Made by a program: the position numbers and the translations under genes. DNA of 64,000 nt, taken from contig JADLFD010000186.1 of NCBI GenBank assembly GCA_020845805.1, positions 16,034-80,033 of the forward strand. The letters are read 5' to 3'. The notes beneath the pieces were generated by a model. The model was given only the letters and a program-made list of their open reading frames with translations. It made no database searches and had not been told where the DNA came from. This document shows positions 60,928 through 64,000 of this stretch, piece after piece (position 1 is the stretch's first letter; every line of letters begins with the position of its first letter). The stretch comes from Verrucomicrobiales bacterium (GTDB lineage: Bacteria > Verrucomicrobiota > Verrucomicrobiia > Limisphaerales > CAIMTB01).

Positions 60928-61785
60928 TCACTTCTTCCGCAGGTGCGGAGGAAGCGGGAAGTAGCCGACGTCCTTGACAACCTTCTGGCCGTCGTCGCTG
61001 CGGATCCAATCCAGGTCCTCCTTGATCTCCCCCTTCTCGAGTTCCGGATTCAGGTAGACGAAGAGGTAACGCCAGATCGGGTATTTCTGGGCCAGCACGG
61101 TTTCCTCGGTGGGATCGATGGCGTCACCGCCCTTGGTCTCGGAAACCTTGATGTGCTTGGCGCCGGCGCCGTAAGCGGCGCCGCCGTAGCCGATGGCGTT
61201 GGCATCGCTGGCCACCGCTTGCAGAACCTGGGCGGTGCCGGCGAGGGTTTGGGCTTTGGATGCGAAATCCTTTCCCTGCAGCACCTTTTCCTTGAAGAAC
61301 TCATAGGTGCCGGAGCTGTTTTCGCGGCTGTAGAGGATGATCGGCGCATCGGGTCCACCGACATCCTTCCAGTTGGTCACTTTGCCGGTATAAATGTCGC
61401 GAATCTCCTCGAGGCTCAGGGCGGCGACGGGGTTCTTTTCGTTCACGTAGACCGAGAGCCCATCCATGGCGACCGCGTACTCGCGGGGGCGTTTGGAGAA
61501 GGCCTTGATGCATTGCTCGATCTCCTTGGCGCGGATTTTGCGCGAGGCGTTGGCGATGTCGGTCTGCTTATTTTGCAGGGCGGCGAACCCGGTGCCGGAG
61601 CCGCCACCGGTGACCTGAACCTTGGTGGTCGGGGTCTTCTGCATGTAAGCTTCGGCCCATTTCTGGCCGAGGATCACCATGGTGTCGGAGCCTTTGACGG
61701 TGATTTCGCCGGCCACCGCCTGCAGCGACAGGGAGGCGGCCAGGGAGAGCAGCGTGATTCGTAGGAAGGTCATATTCATAGGCAT
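60928..61785 (-). CDS. pstS: Phosphate ABC transporter substrate-binding protein PstS family
   Basis: Signal MPMNMTFLRITLLSLAASLSLQAVAG, then ITVKGSDTMVILGQKWAEAY...VTGGGSGTGFAAL...DIANASR. Only the 3' part of track ORF 60928..62478 is used. Confidence 0.9.
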   Translation of the reverse strand: MPMNMTFLRITLLSLAASLSLQAVAGEITVKGSDTMVILGQKWAEAYMQKTPTTKVQVTGGGSGTGFAALQNKQTDIANASRKIRAKEIEQCIKAFSKRPREYAVAMDGLSVYVNEKNPVAALSLEEIRDIYTGKVTNWKDVGGPDAPIILYSRENSSGTYEFFKEKVLQGKDFASKAQTLAGTAQVLQAVASDANAIGYGGAAYGAGAKHIKVSETKGGDAIDPTEETVLAQKYPIWRYLFVYLNPELEKGEIKEDLDWIRSDDGQKVVKDVGYFPLPPHLRKK

Positions 61786-61835
61786 CAGTTGGAGGGGGAG
61801 TGTGTTTCGAATGCGTGACGCGACGGTGGCGAATG

Positions 61836-63230
61836 CTAGAACTTCCAGACGGCGTCGATCTGGAGGCGGTCCATGTTGCTGTCCGTGCCCGGGAGGTACT
61901 CCTCGATGAGGTCGAGGTTGATCCAGGTGAGGTTGAGGGTGAGCGAGTCGTAGGGGGAATAGCCGAACCGCAGCCAATGCCCGCGGATGTTGGTTCCCGC
62001 GGAGTAACCCGCACCCGCTGCGCGGAGAACGCCGGGCACGCTGGCCGCCGAGAAGCGCCCGGAGTAGAACGCGCCGGAATCGGAGTCGGACAACTCCTCC
62101 CACCAGGCGTCGCCTTCCAGAACCTTGTATCGATAGGTGATCTCCCAGGTCCGCTTCTTGCCCGCTTTGCCGAAGGAGATGCCGCCATGATAGCCGCTGT
62201 TTTGTTCGTCCGCTCCGAAGTTGTGGATGTATTCGCCGAACACGCGAATCGGGAATGCGCCTGCGTACAGGGGGACGGATTCGAGGGTGCGGGTGATACC
62301 CACATCCGCGATCAGCGCCTCGAACGTCTCGACGGGGGCACCCAGGGTGAAGCTGGTGCCATCGGCCGACTTCTGGACAACCCGGCTGTTGCCGGAGTTC
62401 AGGTCGGGAACGGCACTGCTGCCAAGCTGATCCTCGTTGAGGATGCCAAGGAAAGCTGCCCCGAGGCTGGTGGACCACTTGGGCGACCAGAGGGAATCCA
62501 GGCGCATCTGGCCGCCCATGAGATAGGGGTCCTTGCCCGAACCGCCGATCTCATCCAGCACGAACTGGACGGCGTTGAACTTGAGGGAGTGCGTGGCGTC
62601 GAGGGTGTAGCTGAACTGCTCCGCCAGACCTTCCGGGGTGTAGTCGTTGTCGAACGTGAGATCCGAGGTCACCAGCGGGTTCTCCATCTTCCCGAGCGTG
62701 AACGTGCCCTGCCAAGCCCCGGTATTGATGGGGCTCCACTTGGCATAGACAGTGTCGAGGAAGAGGCCCTTCTTTGCCCCGTTGTTTTGGAGGGATTGAT
62801 TGTTCGAGATCGGGTCGCTGCCCGCAGTGATGCGGCTGGCCGAGTCGATGTCGCCGGAGCCCAGGCGGAAGCCCACTTCGAAATCATCCATCATCACCGC
62901 CGTGAATCCGGCGCGCAGCCGGTATCGCCAGCGGGCGCGATCCGCAAAACCGTTCTCCGGCCCATAGAAACCCTCGAAGCGGCCGCGAAAATCTCCGTTC
63001 AAGCGCAGGCTCGAGACCCATTCCGGCATCCCACTCTTGACCGAGTAGGCCTTGTTGAAATCGCGGTCCGCATCCTCGCGGAGCTGGTTTCCCTCGTCCA
63101 CGGTCAGGATCCCCTTGTCGACGAGCTTGTCGATCAGGCTGTCGGCCGTTTGACCGTGCCCGACGGCTGGCGCCACGAGGATTCCGGCGGCGACGGTAGC
63201 GGTGGCGAGGTTTCGGTGGAGACGTTGCAT
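61836..63230 (-). CDS. Outer-membrane porin, phosphate-selective porin O/P-like
   Basis: Signal MQRLHRNLATATVAAGILVAPAVGHG, coiled N-terminal segment SLIDKLVDKGILTVDEGNQL, beta-strand-rich body, C-terminal LQIDAVWKF. Directly upstream of pstS. Confidence 0.75.
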   Translation of the reverse strand: MQRLHRNLATATVAAGILVAPAVGHGQTADSLIDKLVDKGILTVDEGNQLREDADRDFNKAYSVKSGMPEWVSSLRLNGDFRGRFEGFYGPENGFADRARWRYRLRAGFTAVMMDDFEVGFRLGSGDIDSASRITAGSDPISNNQSLQNNGAKKGLFLDTVYAKWSPINTGAWQGTFTLGKMENPLVTSDLTFDNDYTPEGLAEQFSYTLDATHSLKFNAVQFVLDEIGGSGKDPYLMGGQMRLDSLWSPKWSTSLGAAFLGILNEDQLGSSAVPDLNSGNSRVVQKSADGTSFTLGAPVETFEALIADVGITRTLESVPLYAGAFPIRVFGEYIHNFGADEQNSGYHGGISFGKAGKKRTWEITYRYKVLEGDAWWEELSDSDSGAFYSGRFSAASVPGVLRAAGAGYSAGTNIRGHWLRFGYSPYDSLTLNLTWINLDLIEEYLPGTDSNMDRLQIDAVWKF

Positions 63231-63338
63231 GCGGTCGGTGGAGTGCGGGTCGGAGTTGGGGCGTATGGCGTGCCGTTCCCTTGGCTTGGGGCGGCGGGCA
63301 GAAGGTCTGGCTGGGCCGTCACGAATCGGTGGCTTAAT

Positions 63339-63356
63339 TGTGACAAAAGGGTTACG
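63339..63356 (-). promoter_or_regulatory. Candidate Pho box upstream of the porin-pst operon
   Basis: Minus strand reads CGTAACCCTTTTGTCACA: two GT(A/C)AC-containing heptamers with 11-bp periodicity, the second (TGTCAC) matching the E. coli Pho-box half-site. Lies ~110-125 nt upstream of the porin ATG. Confidence 0.25.
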
Positions 63357-63540
63357 AAACCCAAGTCGATCGGCTGAGACGGTGCCTCGGCTGGGTCTGG
63401 TGCCGGTTAGGCGATGGCTCTGAAACATTTATCGGTCAGCATGTTACGACTTGTGGCGGCTCGTCGCGTCCAGTGGCTCGAGAGCGGCGCGATCCGGCTT
63501 AGGGCCACGGCGCGGGAATGAGTCAAACAAGGGCAAATCA

Positions 63541-64000
63541 TGTTTTCTCTTCAACGATTGATGGGGAAGGACGAGATCTTTTTGGATCTCCTGGAGGCGT
63601 GCGCCGCGGAGGCGCAGGCCAGTGTGAAGCGATTGACCGCGGTGCTCACGCCGGGCGGACGGCTCGGGGATCTGGATGTCCTCCTGGGGAAGGAACGGCT
63701 CGAACGGAAGCTCCTCAAGCAGATTGAGGAGGCGCTCGTTCGAACGTTCATCACCGGTCTGGAGCGCGAGGACATCGAGGCGTTGGCCCGGTCGTTGTAC
63801 AAGCTGGTGAAGACCACGGAGAAGTTCGCTCAGCGGTACCGTCTCGTGGGGGACTTGGTGCAGGGGGTCGATTTCTCCCAGCAGGCGAAGCTGATCGAGG
63901 AAGCGGTGGGGATTCTGGGGGAGATGATCCGGGATCTGCGCAAGCTTCCGCCGCTTGAGCGAGTGAAGGAACTGAACGACCGCCTCGAGGCCACCGAAGA
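63541..64000 (+). CDS. DUF47 (PhoU-like, Pit-accessory) family protein, 3'-truncated by window end
   Basis: My own translation from the ATG at 63541: MFSLQRLMGKDEIFLDLLEACAAEAQASVKRL...TGLEREDIEALARSLYKLVKTTEKFAQRY. This is the typical DUF47 N-terminus. It is not in the ORF track because it has no stop within the window. Confidence 0.8.

Noticed and set aside
61786-62478. Upstream extension of the pstS ORF into the porin gene
   Set aside because: The signal peptide MPMNMTFLRITLL marks the true start. The extension overlaps the porin 3' region in another frame.
61800-63377. 525-aa plus-strand ORF opposite the porin
   Set aside because: The minus-strand product has a signal peptide, beta-barrel periodicity and a terminal ...VWKF. 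The plus-strand product is featureless.

Overview
Gene-dense, high-GC chromosomal segment (about 50 CDS). The gene content fits the PVC superphylum, most likely Verrucomicrobiota, though Planctomycetota is not excluded. PVC signatures are a DUF1559/H-X9-DG pseudopilin, two giant PSCyt-DUF1549-DUF1553 proteins, a DUF1501 protein, three DUF1080 proteins, a PVC-type dehydrogenase/HEAT/CxxCH protein and a PEP-CTERM (VPDSG-like) protein. Housekeeping content: topB, ybaB-recR, pheA, infC, a five-gene Liv-type ABC operon, a leuB-like dehydrogenase, a GT4-sufE-tatD string, and a complete phosphate-acquisition island (OprP-like porin, pstSCAB, phoU, and a divergent DUF47 gene cut by the window end). 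Around 46.3-52.9 kb lies an exopolysaccharide export module (TlpA-like redoxin, GT4, OM beta-barrel, BY-kinase, Wza-like exporter, small FHA-like membrane protein). The 48.4-52 kb part has visibly lower GC than its flanks. I found no rRNA, tRNA, CRISPR array, transposase, integrase, prophage or recognisable defence gene, and I cannot point to a clear-cut new multi-gene system. The items most worth follow-up are: (1) an orphan 610-aa protein with an RGG/PGG-rich disordered N-terminus next to ybaB-recR; (2) the EPS module ending in a degenerate, membrane-anchored FHA protein, with a strong terminator-like hairpin directly abutting the BY-kinase start codon; (3) a stand-alone infC with a TTG start and an ~83-aa disordered C-terminal tail; (4) a 388-bp lower-GC, hairpin-rich intergenic region upstream of the PEP-CTERM gene; (5) a tightly coupled DUF1080-DUF1501-aldehyde dehydrogenase string that is uncoupled from the DUF1553 genes. 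Many very long antisense ORFs in the track are high-GC shadow ORFs and were rejected. Start codons are approximate, because the ORF track shows GTG/TTG starts as M.
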